NCBI GenBank assembly: GCA_023142595.1
Contig: JAGLJF010000003.1
Location: 3,873-67,872, forward strand
Length of the DNA: 64,000 nucleotides
Direction: 5' to 3'
From: Minisyncoccota bacterium
GTDB taxonomy: Bacteria > Patescibacteriota > Minisyncoccia > JAHIHE01 > JAGLIN01
The first letter of the stretch is position 1, and every line of letters starts with the position of its first letter. The position numbers and the translations under genes were made by a program. Under the pieces are notes generated by a model that searched no databases, was not told the DNA's origin, and worked only from the letters and a program-made list of their open reading frames with translations. Below, piece by piece: positions 19,040-29,338 of this stretch.

Positions 19040-20020
19040 TTATAAATTATTTTTTAAGATAGCTTTTCTGATTTCTTCAACGCTTTTTGATGAATCTGTA
19101 TTATTTATTTCAAATCCTGAAGCAAGTTTGTGTCCTCCTCCTCCAAGACTTCTGGCTATTCTAGAAACATCAATGCCTTTATATTCCTCGCTACGAAGAC
19201 TTCCTTTTATTTTATTATTCATAGACTCGGTTAAAAGCAAGGAAAACTTTGCATCACTTATTGTGTTGATAACATTTACAAGTCCCATAAGTTCTTCTTC
19301 TTTAACTCCAAGATTATCCATATCAGATTTATTTATATAAGAAACAGCCATTCCATTTTCTGGATCAGTTTGAATTCTCTCCAATGCTATTCCCCATAGT
19401 TTTATTGCCGCTAAACTTTTGGTGCTAAAAATGTTCTTTGCAATTTTATCAACACGCGAACCTTTTTTCATAAATTCTGCAGCCGCCTGAAGTGATTCTG
19501 AATCCGTGTTGTTGTGTTGAAAACCTCCAGTATCCGTAAAAATTCCAGTCAATAAACAATTTGCAATATCTTTGGAAATATTTATCTTCATTTCTTTCAA
19601 TAAATTAAAAACCAAAACGGCAGTTGACGATGTCTTGTGGTCTATGATTTCAACACAATTTTTGACATTGTCACATTCTGTTTTATTTTTAGGATGATGG
19701 TCAATAATTAACAAATTATCAAAAGAAGAAACAATGTCTTCAATACCATCAATGCCCGTTCTGGAAAAAAGCGCGCAATCCAAAAGAACAATCAAATTTT
19801 GATGTTCTGGATTAATTTTATTTTTAATTTGTGAAACTTCTGGCAGAAAATCAAAGACGCTCGGCACAATATCTTTGGAAAAACATTTCACTTTTTTGCC
19901 AATAGATTTTAGTCCCTCGGCCGATCCAAGCATAGATCCAATGGCGTCTCCGTCTGGATTTTTGTGTGACAGAATAAGAATATTTTCACTAGATTGTATC
20001 AAGTTGATTGCCTGTTGCAT
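19040..20020 (-). CDS. nrnA: DHH/DHHA1 phosphoesterase (NrnA-like oligoribonuclease/pAp phosphatase)
   Basis: ILILSHKNPDGDAIGS DHH motif. DHHA1 GGGH near the C-terminus. Confidence 0.7.
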   Translation of the reverse strand: MQQAINLIQSSENILILSHKNPDGDAIGSMLGSAEGLKSIGKKVKCFSKDIVPSVFDFLPEVSQIKNKINPEHQNLIVLLDCALFSRTGIDGIEDIVSSFDNLLIIDHHPKNKTECDNVKNCVEIIDHKTSSTAVLVFNLLKEMKINISKDIANCLLTGIFTDTGGFQHNNTDSESLQAAAEFMKKGSRVDKIAKNIFSTKSLAAIKLWGIALERIQTDPENGMAVSYINKSDMDNLGVKEEELMGLVNVINTISDAKFSLLLTESMNNKIKGSLRSEEYKGIDVSRIARSLGGGGHKLASGFEINNTDSSKSVEEIRKAILKNNL

Positions 20021-20028
20021 ATGTTTTT

Positions 20029-20373
20029 TTATTTATCGTCTTTATGTATTTTTTTAATCAGTTCATCAATTTTTTTTACCTGTTCTCCTGTTTCATCAAT
20101 CTTAAAAACAATTCTTGGTAATGGATTCATAACAAGTTTTTTGTTGATCTTTTTTTGGATGAAATAAATATTTTCCCTAAGAGCTTCTTTGACTTCATTC
20201 TTTTTCTCAAATGGCAGAACACTAATAAAAACATCCGCATAACGGAGGTCTTTGGAAACGCTTGCGCTGATGATTGTCACCAAGATATCTAGAGGAAAAT
20301 TCATTTCAGAAAGAAGAGCTTTCCCCACTTCTTGTTTGATGAGTTCGTTAACTTTTTCAATTCTTTGACTCAC
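20029..20373 (-). CDS. rbfA: Ribosome-binding factor A
   Basis: Family-typical size and sequence (RIEKVNELIKQEV). Immediately downstream of infB. Confidence 0.8.
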   Translation of the reverse strand: MSQRIEKVNELIKQEVGKALLSEMNFPLDILVTIISASVSKDLRYADVFISVLPFEKKNEVKEALRENIYFIQKKINKKLVMNPLPRIVFKIDETGEQVKKIDELIKKIHKDDK

Positions 20374-20392
20374 AATATTATTCGATAAAAAA

Positions 20393-22213
20393 TTATAGTT
20401 TTCTTTTCACAAGTTCTTTTTTATAAAAATGCAGAACATCTTCTTCTTCGATAATAATATCTCCTTCATATGTTATTCCAGCATCATTTCCTTTTTTAAC
20501 TCCTTTCACTGCCTTCTTATTTGCCTGAAGTTCCTTGACAGTGCCTCCTCCGACAATCTCTTCATCTCTCAATACTTCAATTAATGCCCCTTTTTCAACT
20601 TTTCCGCTTTCCACTTTCGCCCCCACAATCATATCAACTTTTTTGGCCGATTTTTTGGCTGATTTAAAAATTGCAATTACTTTTCCAATTCCAAGATCTG
20701 TCCTAACTTCTTCTGGCTCAAGAATCAAGGTAAGTCCTTCTTTAATTTCATCAACAAGTTCATAAATAACTTTATAAATTTTTATTTCTACCTTTTCTTT
20801 TTCTGCAAATTTTTCTAAGACAGAGTTGGCATTAACATTAAATCCAATAATTTCTGCTCCTGAAGAATGACACATTTTGATGTCAGTTTCGGTTATATTT
20901 CCAACTCCCATTTTCAAAATCTGAACTGCTACGGTTTCGGATTCGATAGTTTCAAGAATTTGGACTATAGCTTCCAACGATCCTTTAGTGTCTGCTTTCA
21001 ACACAATATTCAATTTTTTTACTTTATGAGATTTTACAAGCTCTTTTATTTTAGCCGTACTGAGAACTTTGTCAGAAGGACCGTCCGACGACTGAAGTTT
21101 ATTAAATTCTTTTACTCTTGTTTCTGCAGCAAGCCGTCCCGATTCTTCAAGAAGAAATGAACCAACTTTTGGAACATCATTTAAACCTAAAATAGTAACT
21201 GGCATAGATGGAGTAGCTTTATGAACTCTTTTTCCGCTAAAATTTTCAATTCTCTTGATTCTTCCCCACATAGATCCAGCACTAATATAATCTCCTTCTT
21301 CCAGTGTTCCATTTTGTATCAAGACAATAGAGACTGGTCCTATTTGAGCATCCATATGAGATTCAATTACAAATCCCTCTGCAATGTCTGACGGATTTGC
21401 TTTAATTTCTTCCATATCAGCCGTCAAAATAATCATATCTAACAGCTCATCAATTCCTTCCCCAGTCTTTGCAGAAACATTAATGCAAATTGTTTTTCCA
21501 CCCCAATCTTCAGGAGCAAGGTCATTTTCTGCAAGCTCTTTTTTGACTTTTTCAATGTTTTTGTCAGCTTTATCGACTTTAGTAATAACAACTATAATCG
21601 GAACTTCAGCCTCTTTTGCAAACATGATAGCTTCTTTTGTTTGAGGCTTAACACCATCATCTGAAGCAACCACAATTACTGCCAAATCTGTAATATATGC
21701 CCCTCTTTCTCTCATAGAATAAAATGCTTCATGTCCAGGAGTATCGATAAAAGTTATGGTTTCCCCTTTTTTCTTAACTTGATAGGCACTAAAATTCTGA
21801 GTAATTCCACCGGACTCTCCGCTGGCTACATTTGTCTCAAGAATTTTATCCAAAAGAGTAGTCTTTCCATGATCAACATGTCCCATAATTACAACAACTG
21901 GAGGTCTTTTTTTGGCACCAGGCCCTGTATATTTTTTCATCTGTAATTTTCTCTTTTCGGCAATAGATTCTGATTTTTCCAACGTAAAATCAAAATGATC
22001 GGCAATAATTTCAGCAGTATCAAAATCAAGATATTCATTTATATTAGCAAAGATTCTGTTTTTAATAAGTTCTGAAATTAATTCAGTTGACTTTATTTCC
22101 ATTTTCTCAGCCAAATCCTTAACCATGATTTTTTCAGGCATCTGAAGAACCTTCTTGATATTTTCAGTTTTGGCATCTTCTTTTTCAATTTCTTCTTCTT
22201 GTTGCTTGACCAT
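20393..22213 (-). CDS. infB: Translation initiation factor IF-2
   Basis: G domain GHVDHGKTTLLD, DTPGH, TKVDK. C-terminal beta-barrel domains. Confidence 0.9.
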   Translation of the reverse strand: MVKQQEEEIEKEDAKTENIKKVLQMPEKIMVKDLAEKMEIKSTELISELIKNRIFANINEYLDFDTAEIIADHFDFTLEKSESIAEKRKLQMKKYTGPGAKKRPPVVVIMGHVDHGKTTLLDKILETNVASGESGGITQNFSAYQVKKKGETITFIDTPGHEAFYSMRERGAYITDLAVIVVASDDGVKPQTKEAIMFAKEAEVPIIVVITKVDKADKNIEKVKKELAENDLAPEDWGGKTICINVSAKTGEGIDELLDMIILTADMEEIKANPSDIAEGFVIESHMDAQIGPVSIVLIQNGTLEEGDYISAGSMWGRIKRIENFSGKRVHKATPSMPVTILGLNDVPKVGSFLLEESGRLAAETRVKEFNKLQSSDGPSDKVLSTAKIKELVKSHKVKKLNIVLKADTKGSLEAIVQILETIESETVAVQILKMGVGNITETDIKMCHSSGAEIIGFNVNANSVLEKFAEKEKVEIKIYKVIYELVDEIKEGLTLILEPEEVRTDLGIGKVIAIFKSAKKSAKKVDMIVGAKVESGKVEKGALIEVLRDEEIVGGGTVKELQANKKAVKGVKKGNDAGITYEGDIIIEEEDVLHFYKKELVKRKL

Positions 22214-22237
22214 TTTTATTTAAAATTATGTAATTTA

Positions 22238-22735
22238 TCAACTATTTGAGGCAATCGCTAGAGCCTTTTCTTCTTCTTCGCTAAGCTTATATTCAGACTT
22301 TCCTTCAATAATCTGCTTTGAATAAACCTTAACTCCATCTCTTGAATATAGACTAAGTATAATAACACCGCTCAACGAATTGTCAAGAAGTGCAATTGCA
22401 AAACTTTGGTTTCCACCGACATCTCCAAATGGATTAAATCTAACAACCCCTACTTTCTGAATACATTTTTTGATATTCTCTCGAATTTCTTCATTCTCTT
22501 TGTATATTTTGTCTATATTCTCGTTAATTTTGTTAGAATTTTTTATCTGATTATAGATAACTTCTTCAAGGTCTTTACTTTGCTTCCCAGTAAAAAAGCT
22601 TCTTGTCTTTTTCTTTATGTTTTTCAAACTCAAACTTAAATAAGTATTCCATGCAAATAAAAAAATCAAAATTGCAATTCCAACGATAATTACAGCTTCT
22701 TGATTATTATTAAAGATGTTTATAATTTCTGACAT
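22238..22735 (-). CDS. DUF4446 family protein (N-terminal TM)
   Basis: VGVVRFNPFGDVGGNQSFAIALLD matches the DUF4446 signature. Confidence 0.55.
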   Translation of the reverse strand: MSEIINIFNNNQEAVIIVGIAILIFLFAWNTYLSLSLKNIKKKTRSFFTGKQSKDLEEVIYNQIKNSNKINENIDKIYKENEEIRENIKKCIQKVGVVRFNPFGDVGGNQSFAIALLDNSLSGVIILSLYSRDGVKVYSKQIIEGKSEYKLSEEEEKALAIASNS

Positions 22736-23057
22736 TTATTTTATATAGATTAAAGATAAAACTAAAAAAGCTACTATGTAACTATACACATAATAGCTTT
22801 TGTGTCGTTATAAGTCAATGAAGAAATAAACAATTTTAAATTCAAAAAATGACGACCGAAGATCCTAAATGATACAAATCTAAACCTAGCGATTGAGGAG
22901 AGAGATTTTTCGCCTTATAGTTATTATAATGAACGAAAAACGCTATTTTTAGACCTGATTAGGACAACTTCAATCGCCCTTTTTTGAAAATAATTCTTCT
23001 TAATTTATTGCTTCCGATATATTATCAGAAGTTTTTTTAAACCTACCTTTTTGATTT

Positions 23058-23166
23058 TGTCATCCTGAACTTGTTTCAGGATCTTTCGTAATATTAGTAT
23101 CATTCTAATAATCTCACAAAACTAGAAGTTGCATACGACAGATTCTAAACTAAATTCAGAATGACA
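23058..23166. mobile_element. Family-1 MITE, short variant (TIRs TGTCATCCTGAA...TTCAGAATGACA, each a hairpin)
   Basis: Terminal inverted repeats and internal hairpins shared with copies at 24594, 31881, 42692, 44157, 44984, 50067. Confidence 0.7.
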
Positions 23167-23286
23167 ATTGTAAAAGATAAACTTAAAAAAATAGAAGGGA
23201 GATTTTAGATTTTTTTATCTAGGCATACATTTTTGTATGTTCTCCTGTTTGGTGTGTAACCAAACAACCCTGTGAGCAGATTAGGT

Positions 23287-24018
23287 CTACTCTTTCTCTT
23301 CTTTATGTACCCTTGTTACAGGGTGCCAATAATTTTTCTGAGAATGACGATGATAAAGAACATCGTCTTTCACCTTTCTCTCCTCCCCGTCAAACTTAGG
23401 AAGAAGAGCCTCAATTCCTCCGATAGGATCTGAACATTTTTCCTCTTCAAAGAGAGGAGAAAATTCATTTTCAATCTTTTCGTAAGCTTCACCTTTTCCT
23501 GGTGAAACTTCCCATGCCAAAGTGTAATCACTTTGACCTTCTTCGATAAAAACTGATAATGGCTTGAATCGAGCCATCAGTTCAACAGCTTTTATTGCTG
23601 CTTCCGCTGTGTTGGGATTACTATGACCCCAACTACTAGCATGAGTCACCAGCTGAGTAAATACTGTCGTGCTCGGAAGCACTATAGCATTTATTGGTCT
23701 CTTCAACTTTACAAGACCTTTATATTTTTGCCATGACATTCCTTGAATGCCATGAATTTCAGTAGTGAATACACTAGCACTGTATGTCCTTATTGACGGA
23801 CATACATTCACAAACCCAGCAGATTCCTGAGCTTTATATCCTTTCAAAGGAATAATTACAGGCATTTCAGGCTTGAATTTTTCCTCTTTAGTAATCTCAA
23901 TAAGATCACCAACTTCTCCTCCAAATCGGAGAACAAATGCCCCAGACTGTGTCTGGGTAACATCTACAACAGATACTGACAAGTTTCTATTGCCAGTATT
24001 AATATATAATGCATTCAT
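23287..24018 (-). CDS. Hypothetical protein with compositionally atypical (higher-GC) sequence; likely horizontally acquired
   Basis: 243-aa ORF with strong SD (GGAGAGGTGA). Its start overlaps (ATGA) the stop of an upstream 57-aa TM ORF. Embedded between MITEs. Confidence 0.45.
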   Translation of the reverse strand: MNALYINTGNRNLSVSVVDVTQTQSGAFVLRFGGEVGDLIEITKEEKFKPEMPVIIPLKGYKAQESAGFVNVCPSIRTYSASVFTTEIHGIQGMSWQKYKGLVKLKRPINAIVLPSTTVFTQLVTHASSWGHSNPNTAEAAIKAVELMARFKPLSVFIEEGQSDYTLAWEVSPGKGEAYEKIENEFSPLFEEEKCSDPIGGIEALLPKFDGEERKVKDDVLYHRHSQKNYWHPVTRVHKEEKE

Positions 24019-24188
24019 AATATCACCTCTCCCACTTCCTTTTCAGATAATTCCAAGAAGCGAGATTTTATATTTAGACTATAACAGTCAAAGCATTCAC
24101 CAAATCCGTTAGTAAATATTTTGACTATTATAATCAAGATGACAAACACAAAAAATTTTATGTTTTTTCTTCTTTTTTCAAAGAACAT
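24015..24188 (-). CDS. Small TM protein (57 aa; MFFEKRRKNIKFFVFVILIIIVKIF...), translationally coupled to the downstream 243-aa gene
   Basis: Perfect SD GGAGGTG 3 nt before ATG. Stop TGA overlaps the next ATG. Not in the supplied ORF track (<60 aa). Confidence 0.35.
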   Translation of the reverse strand: MFFEKRRKNIKFFVFVILIIIVKIFTNGFGECFDCYSLNIKSRFLELSEKEVGEVIL

Positions 24189-24593
24189 TTTCACCTCCGA
24201 TAATTTATCAGAAGCTTTTTCAAACCTACCTTTTTAATTTTGTCATCCTGAACTTGTTTCAGAATGACAATTGTAAAAGATAAACTTAAAAAAAGAAAAG
24301 AAGAAATATGTTAATTATTCTTTGGAGACATTATGTCATCTCCATTTGGATAATCACCTGCTGTCATTATGTTTCACCTCCGTGCAAATTATTTCTTCTT
24401 TTTTTGAGAATATTATTTTTTAATATCCTCCTTGTTAAATGTTTTTTCAACCCCTCTTTGCAAAACATAGAGGTTGATGTAAATGAGTCTGGGTATTGTT
24501 GGTTTAACGGGTCTATATGATTTTAGCCGTAACCTCAACTCTCTCCTCTTTTACATCAATCTATATGCTTTGTTTATTGCAGTGTGACTCAAG

Positions 24594-24703
24594 TGTCATC
24601 CTGAACTTGTTTCAGGATCTTTTGTTTTATGGGCAATGTTTCTAATAATTTCACAAAACTAGAAATTGCAATCGACAGATTCTGAAATAAATTCAGAATG
24701 ACA
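24594..24703. mobile_element. Family-1 MITE, short variant
   Basis: TGTCATCCTGAACTTGTTTCAGGATC ... GATTCTGAAATAAATTCAGAATGACA. Confidence 0.7.
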
Positions 24704-24991
24704 GCAAACAAACAAAAAACGGATAGGAATATTTCTTTGAAAAAGAGTGTCCTAACCGTTTTTTTATATAGAAAAGGTCAGTTGGTAAATTAAATCTATA
24801 TTTATAGATAAATATATGATTCAATAATTCTCTCCTCAAAAAATTAATAATCGCTATATTCAATTTTTAAATTACTGCACTTTCTTACCATAACAGAGTA
24901 TTTTAACATACTTTGCAAATCTTGTCAAGGGGTTAATATAAATCCATTTTAGAATATTTATAGACTTTAATTTATATGCTATAATGTCTTT

Positions 24992-27028
24992 ATGAATAAA
25001 ATCTTAGAAAACTTAAACGACAAACAAAAAGAGGCCGTGACTACAATTGAGGGGCCTGTTTTGGTTATTGCTGGTCCTGGTTCTGGAAAAACAAGAGTGC
25101 TCACGCATCGCGTGGTTTATGCTATTGCTCAAAAAAATATTCCCAAAGAGAGTATTCTAGCAGTCACTTTCACAAACAAGGCTGCCAAAGAAATGAAAAA
25201 CAGAATCGTGTCTTTGCTGGGAAGTATGAATGCGTTAGGTTCTGACAAAAAAGCATTTCACAAAGCAATCAATTCATATTCAACTTCTTTTGCAACAGAC
25301 TTTCCGACAATCTCAACTTTTCACAGTCTCTGCGTGAAAATTTTGCGAGACGAAGCTGAACACATCGGTTACAAAAGAGATTTTGTCATTTTTGATAGCG
25401 ATGACCAAAAATCCTTGATCAAAAAAATAATGAAAGAATTACAAATTGATACAGAAAGCTTTAATCCACGAACGATTTTGGCAGAAATTTCCAATGCCAA
25501 GAATGAACTTCGAAATCCAAAAACATATGAGGAGATGATTGACGGATATAAAGAGGAAACCGTAAGTAAAATTTATAATATATACCAAAAGAGACTCAAA
25601 GAAAATAACTCGATGGATTTTGATGATTTGATTATGCAAACTAGCATTTTGTTTTTCACAAATCCTAAAATTCTGGAAAAATATCAAGACAAGTTCAGAT
25701 ATATTATGGTTGATGAATATCAAGACACAAACCATGCTCAATATAAGCTGGTTAATCTTTTGAGTAAAAAACACAAAAATATTTTTGTAGTTGGTGATGA
25801 TTGGCAGAGTATTTATAAATGGCGTGGTGCTGATATCAAAAATATTTTGGAGTTTGAAAAAAGTTATGCTGGCGCAAAAACAATTCTTTTAGAACAAAAT
25901 TATCGCTCTACGCAAAAAATTCTTGATGCTTCGTATAGCATTATCGCCAAAAATGTAAATCGAAAAGAAAAAAGTCTTTGGAGCAAAAAAGAGTCTGGTT
26001 TTCCAATTACAGTTTATGAAGCAGCTAATGAAAAAGGAGAAGCAGAGTTTATTATTTCAGAAATTGCTAAAGCTAATACAAAAGACAACTTAAGGCTTAA
26101 TGAAATCGCGATTTTGTACAGAACGAACGCTCAATCTCGTTCGATCGAAGAAGCCTTTTTGCAATATAATGTTCCATATCGAATTATAGGTGGAATCAAA
26201 TTTTATATGAGAAAGGAAATCAAAGACATTATAGCCTACTTCAGGCTCATTCAAAATCCAACAGATTTAATGAGTTTTGAAAGAGTGGTCAATACTCCAA
26301 AAAGAGGACTTGGCAAATCAACATATGAAAAAATCATCTCGGAAAGTCGCAATCAAGGAAAAGGTATTGTAGAAATTATTTCGAATTACAACAAGGGAGA
26401 TATTTCTGCGAAAAGATTAGAAAGTTTGGTTGGCTTTGCAAAGATAATTGAGAATTGCAAAGAAAAAACAAAAACAATGAAAATCAAAGAGGTTTTGGAA
26501 TATCTTTTGACAAATATAAACTATGAATTATATATCAAAGACGGAACAGATGAAGGAGAATCGAGATGGGAAAATGTAAAAGAACTTTTCACGGCTGTTG
26601 AAAAATATGACGATTTTACAGCCGAAAAATCATTGAATCTTTTTTTGGAAGAAGTTGCCTTGGCGACCGATTTGGATAAAGTAGACGAAAAACAAGACGC
26701 GGTCACTTTAATGACATTGCATTCTGCAAAAGGGTTGGAATATGATACGGTTTTTATTATTGGATTGGAAGAGGGACTACTTCCTCATGCGATGAGTTTG
26801 AGCGATGAGTTTGAAATGGAAGAAGAAAGAAGATTGTGCTATGTTGGATTGACTCGAGCAAAAAACCGAGCTCATCTTGTTTTTGCCCGTGTACGAAGAA
26901 TTTTTGGCTCCACTCAATCAAACTATCCTTCTCGATTTATATCTGATATTCCCGATCATCTTGTTGATATGCAAAATCAGGGTTATAGTTATTTAGATAG
27001 TGATGAAAGTGAAGCAAATTACTTGTAA
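24992..27028 (+). CDS. pcrA: ATP-dependent DNA helicase PcrA/UvrD/Rep family
   Basis: Walker A AGPGSGKTRVL. UvrD helicase motifs throughout. 678 aa. Confidence 0.85.
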   Translation: MNKILENLNDKQKEAVTTIEGPVLVIAGPGSGKTRVLTHRVVYAIAQKNIPKESILAVTFTNKAAKEMKNRIVSLLGSMNALGSDKKAFHKAINSYSTSFATDFPTISTFHSLCVKILRDEAEHIGYKRDFVIFDSDDQKSLIKKIMKELQIDTESFNPRTILAEISNAKNELRNPKTYEEMIDGYKEETVSKIYNIYQKRLKENNSMDFDDLIMQTSILFFTNPKILEKYQDKFRYIMVDEYQDTNHAQYKLVNLLSKKHKNIFVVGDDWQSIYKWRGADIKNILEFEKSYAGAKTILLEQNYRSTQKILDASYSIIAKNVNRKEKSLWSKKESGFPITVYEAANEKGEAEFIISEIAKANTKDNLRLNEIAILYRTNAQSRSIEEAFLQYNVPYRIIGGIKFYMRKEIKDIIAYFRLIQNPTDLMSFERVVNTPKRGLGKSTYEKIISESRNQGKGIVEIISNYNKGDISAKRLESLVGFAKIIENCKEKTKTMKIKEVLEYLLTNINYELYIKDGTDEGESRWENVKELFTAVEKYDDFTAEKSLNLFLEEVALATDLDKVDEKQDAVTLMTLHSAKGLEYDTVFIIGLEEGLLPHAMSLSDEFEMEEERRLCYVGLTRAKNRAHLVFARVRRIFGSTQSNYPSRFISDIPDHLVDMQNQGYSYLDSDESEANYL

Positions 27029-27093
27029 TATAAAAAATAGAGATCAAGGACCCTTATATAGGTCTTCAATCTCTGCCCAGTAAAATGAAGCTT

Positions 27094-27495
27094 TTATTTT
27101 CTAATCAATCGGACTTTTCTTCCAGTCGATCTGAAATTTTCTTTTAGCAGGTCAATCGGATCTTCGGCATGAGTTAGTAAGCAGAAGTTTTCAATCAGAG
27201 CTTCTTCTGAGAAAACCTTAGTTTCTTCTTCGGTCGTTTTCAGCCAAGTTAAATGAAATTCACACAAAGAATCGCTATTTTGATGAACTCGTTTTTTTGT
27301 TATTTTTATTCCAAAACTATTTTCGGAGAAAATTTGCCACTCTGCATCGAACTTGATTGTGTCGATAACTTCCCGGATAAACTTTTTCAAATCCTGGATT
27401 TTCTTTCTTTCTTCTTCTTTTTCCACAATTTTTTTTCTCTCTTCCTCATCGAATCTCTCTTCTTCTGTCAATAACTCTGCTTTTATTGATTTCAT
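27094..27495 (-). CDS. Hypothetical acidic/coiled-coil protein
   Basis: Probable start at the internal Met (MKSIKAELL), preceded by AAGGTG. The annotated ORF extends to 27558. Confidence 0.3.
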   Translation of the reverse strand: MKSIKAELLTEEERFDEEERKKIVEKEEERKKIQDLKKFIREVIDTIKFDAEWQIFSENSFGIKITKKRVHQNSDSLCEFHLTWLKTTEEETKVFSEEALIENFCLLTHAEDPIDLLKENFRSTGRKVRLIRK

Positions 27496-27699
27496 TTTAT
27501 AGCACCTTAATTTTTTTGTATATTTATAATAAATGAATTTTTTGTTTCGTTTAGTCAAGATATTTCTTGCACATTCCTACATTTACAGGTAATATGTCTC
27601 AAGCAATCCTAGCGAGAGGATGAGAAACTAACTCGGAATACTATCATAGTATAATATATTTGTCAATAACCGCATAATAATATTTAATAAGCTAAAATT

Positions 27700-28536
27700 A
27701 TGCTTTCAAAAGAAGAAATTCAAAAAATATTCAAAACTCCAAACATGGCAATTCTCAAAAGCTTGGGACAGAATTTTTTGATTGACGAAACTGTTTTGAA
27801 AAATATAATTACTTGTTCAGATTTAAATAAAGATGGCGTTGTAATTGAGATTGGTCCAGGACTTGGAACTTTGACTGAAGAGCTTTCAAAAAAATGTAAA
27901 AAAGTTATTGCCATCGAAAAGGACAATGAGTTTGCGCAAATGCTTGAAGGAAAATTTGAAAATGTGGAAGTGATTAATGGTGATATTCTGCAAATGAATA
28001 TTAATGAGCTGGTTCATAAATATTCTCAAAACGGAAAATTCAAACTTGTTTCCAACATCCCCTATTATATTACCTCTCCAATTATAAAATTATTTCTAGA
28101 AAATGCCATCCAACCAGAAGTCATTGTTTTGTTGATGCAAAAAGAAGTGGCTCAAAGAATTTGTGAAAAACCAGGAAAACTGAGTATGATTGCGCTAGGC
28201 GTTCAAGTTTATGGAGAACCTGAAATTGTCGGTTTCGTTAAAAATACTTCTTTCTATCCAGCGCCAAAAGTTGATTCGGCAATTTTGAAAATAAAAAATA
28301 TAAAACGAGAATTTTCTGACGAATATTATCAAAAGTTATTTCGAATTATGAAAATTGGTTTTTCATCCAAAAGAAAAAAATTATTGAACAATCTTTCAGC
28401 AGGTTTGCAAATCGAAAAAAAGGAAGCAGAAAAATTTCTTAATCAGACAGAGATCGATTTGAAAGTCCGCGCGCAAGAATTGAGCATTGAACAATGGGAA
28501 AAATTAATGGAAGTTTACACGACCGTAGAGACGTAG
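27700..28536 (+). CDS. rsmA: 16S rRNA (adenine1518/1519-N6)-dimethyltransferase RsmA/KsgA
   Basis: LGQNFLID motif, SAM-binding VIEIGPGLGTLT, NIPYYI motif. The stop codon lies inside a REP-B hairpin. Confidence 0.85.
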   Translation: MLSKEEIQKIFKTPNMAILKSLGQNFLIDETVLKNIITCSDLNKDGVVIEIGPGLGTLTEELSKKCKKVIAIEKDNEFAQMLEGKFENVEVINGDILQMNINELVHKYSQNGKFKLVSNIPYYITSPIIKLFLENAIQPEVIVLLMQKEVAQRICEKPGKLSMIALGVQVYGEPEIVGFVKNTSFYPAPKVDSAILKIKNIKREFSDEYYQKLFRIMKIGFSSKRKKLLNNLSAGLQIEKKEAEKFLNQTEIDLKVRAQELSIEQWEKLMEVYTTVET

Positions 28537-28553
28537 CAATGCTGCGTCTCTAC
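28525..28553. repeat. REP hairpin family B (GTAGAGACGyAGCAATGCTGCGTCTCTAC), copy 1
   Basis: Near-perfect 29-bp palindrome. Three copies around/in the second RAYT. Confidence 0.75.
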
Positions 28554-28585
28554 AACAATAGATAATATAAATTAAAAATTTTGAT

Positions 28586-29203
28586 ATGTCTCGGCTATAT
28601 AAGAATAAATTCAAAACTGAATCAACGAGATTGAAAAAATGGGACTATTCACAGAATGGTTTTTATTTTGTGACGATTTGCACGAATAATCATCAGTTGT
28701 TTTTTGGTGATGTAAAAAAATCAGAATCAGAACATTGTCCAATTTTTGAAATGAAAAAATCGCCCATTGGCAAAATCGCCGAAAAATATTGGTTAGAAAT
28801 TCCAAAACATTTTTCAAATGTAAAATTAGATGTATTTGTAATTATGCCAAACCATTTACACGGGGTAATTGAAATTTGTGATGATATTGTGATTGATAAA
28901 AATAAACCGTGCAAACATGTAGAGACGCAGCAATGCTGCGTCTCTACAACAACAAATAATGAATCAAAAACATTTTATAGATTAATTCCAAAATCACTGC
29001 CTGTTATTATTCGCTCATTTAAATCAATTTGTACAAAAACAATAAATCAGAAATTTGATGATAGAAATTTTTCCTGGCAATCGAAATACTATGATCATAT
29101 TATTAGAGATGAAAAATCATTAGACGAAATCAGAAAATATATTATTGATAATCCCGCAAAATGGGATTTGGATAAGAATGTTGTTGAGAATTTTTATAAA
29201 TAG
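28586..29203 (+). mobile_element. Second REP-associated tyrosine transposase (RAYT, IS200-like) carrying its own REP hairpin in-frame
   Basis: HuH motif MPNHLHGVIEI. Catalytic tyrosine region WQSKYYDHIIRDEKSLDEIRKYIIDNP. REP-B copies at 28525, 28919 (inside ORF) and 29241. Confidence 0.65.
28919..28947. repeat. REP hairpin family B, copy 2, located in-frame inside the RAYT ORF (encodes HVETQQCCVSTT)
   Basis: Same palindrome. The ORF remains open through it. Confidence 0.7.
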
Positions 29204-29240
29204 CAAAATCCATCAGATTCAATTTGTGAAAATTTATATG

Positions 29241-29269
29241 GTAGAGACGTAGCAATGCTGCGCCTCTAC
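29241..29269. repeat. REP hairpin family B, copy 3
   Basis: GTAGAGACGTAGCAATGCTGCGCCTCTAC. Confidence 0.7.
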
Positions 29270-29288
29270 AAAGAATTTCTACTTGGGG

Positions 29289-29338
29289 TTGACATGTTTT
29301 TAATAGGGCTTGACAAGTTCTGTTTTTTTATGTACAAT
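29289..29338 (+). promoter_or_regulatory. Strong sigma70-like promoter (tandem TTGACA boxes; TTGACA-17-TACAAT) upstream of a ~265-nt leader
   Basis: CTTGACAagttctgtttttttatgTACAAT, with a second TTGACA 21 bp upstream. The first downstream long ORF starts at 29610 with SD AAGGAG. Confidence 0.45.

Noticed and set aside
24308-24520. 70-aa plus-strand ORF in the island
   Set aside because: Low-complexity hydrophobic translation with no RBS. It overlaps the better-supported minus-strand 18-codon ORF and hairpin sequences.
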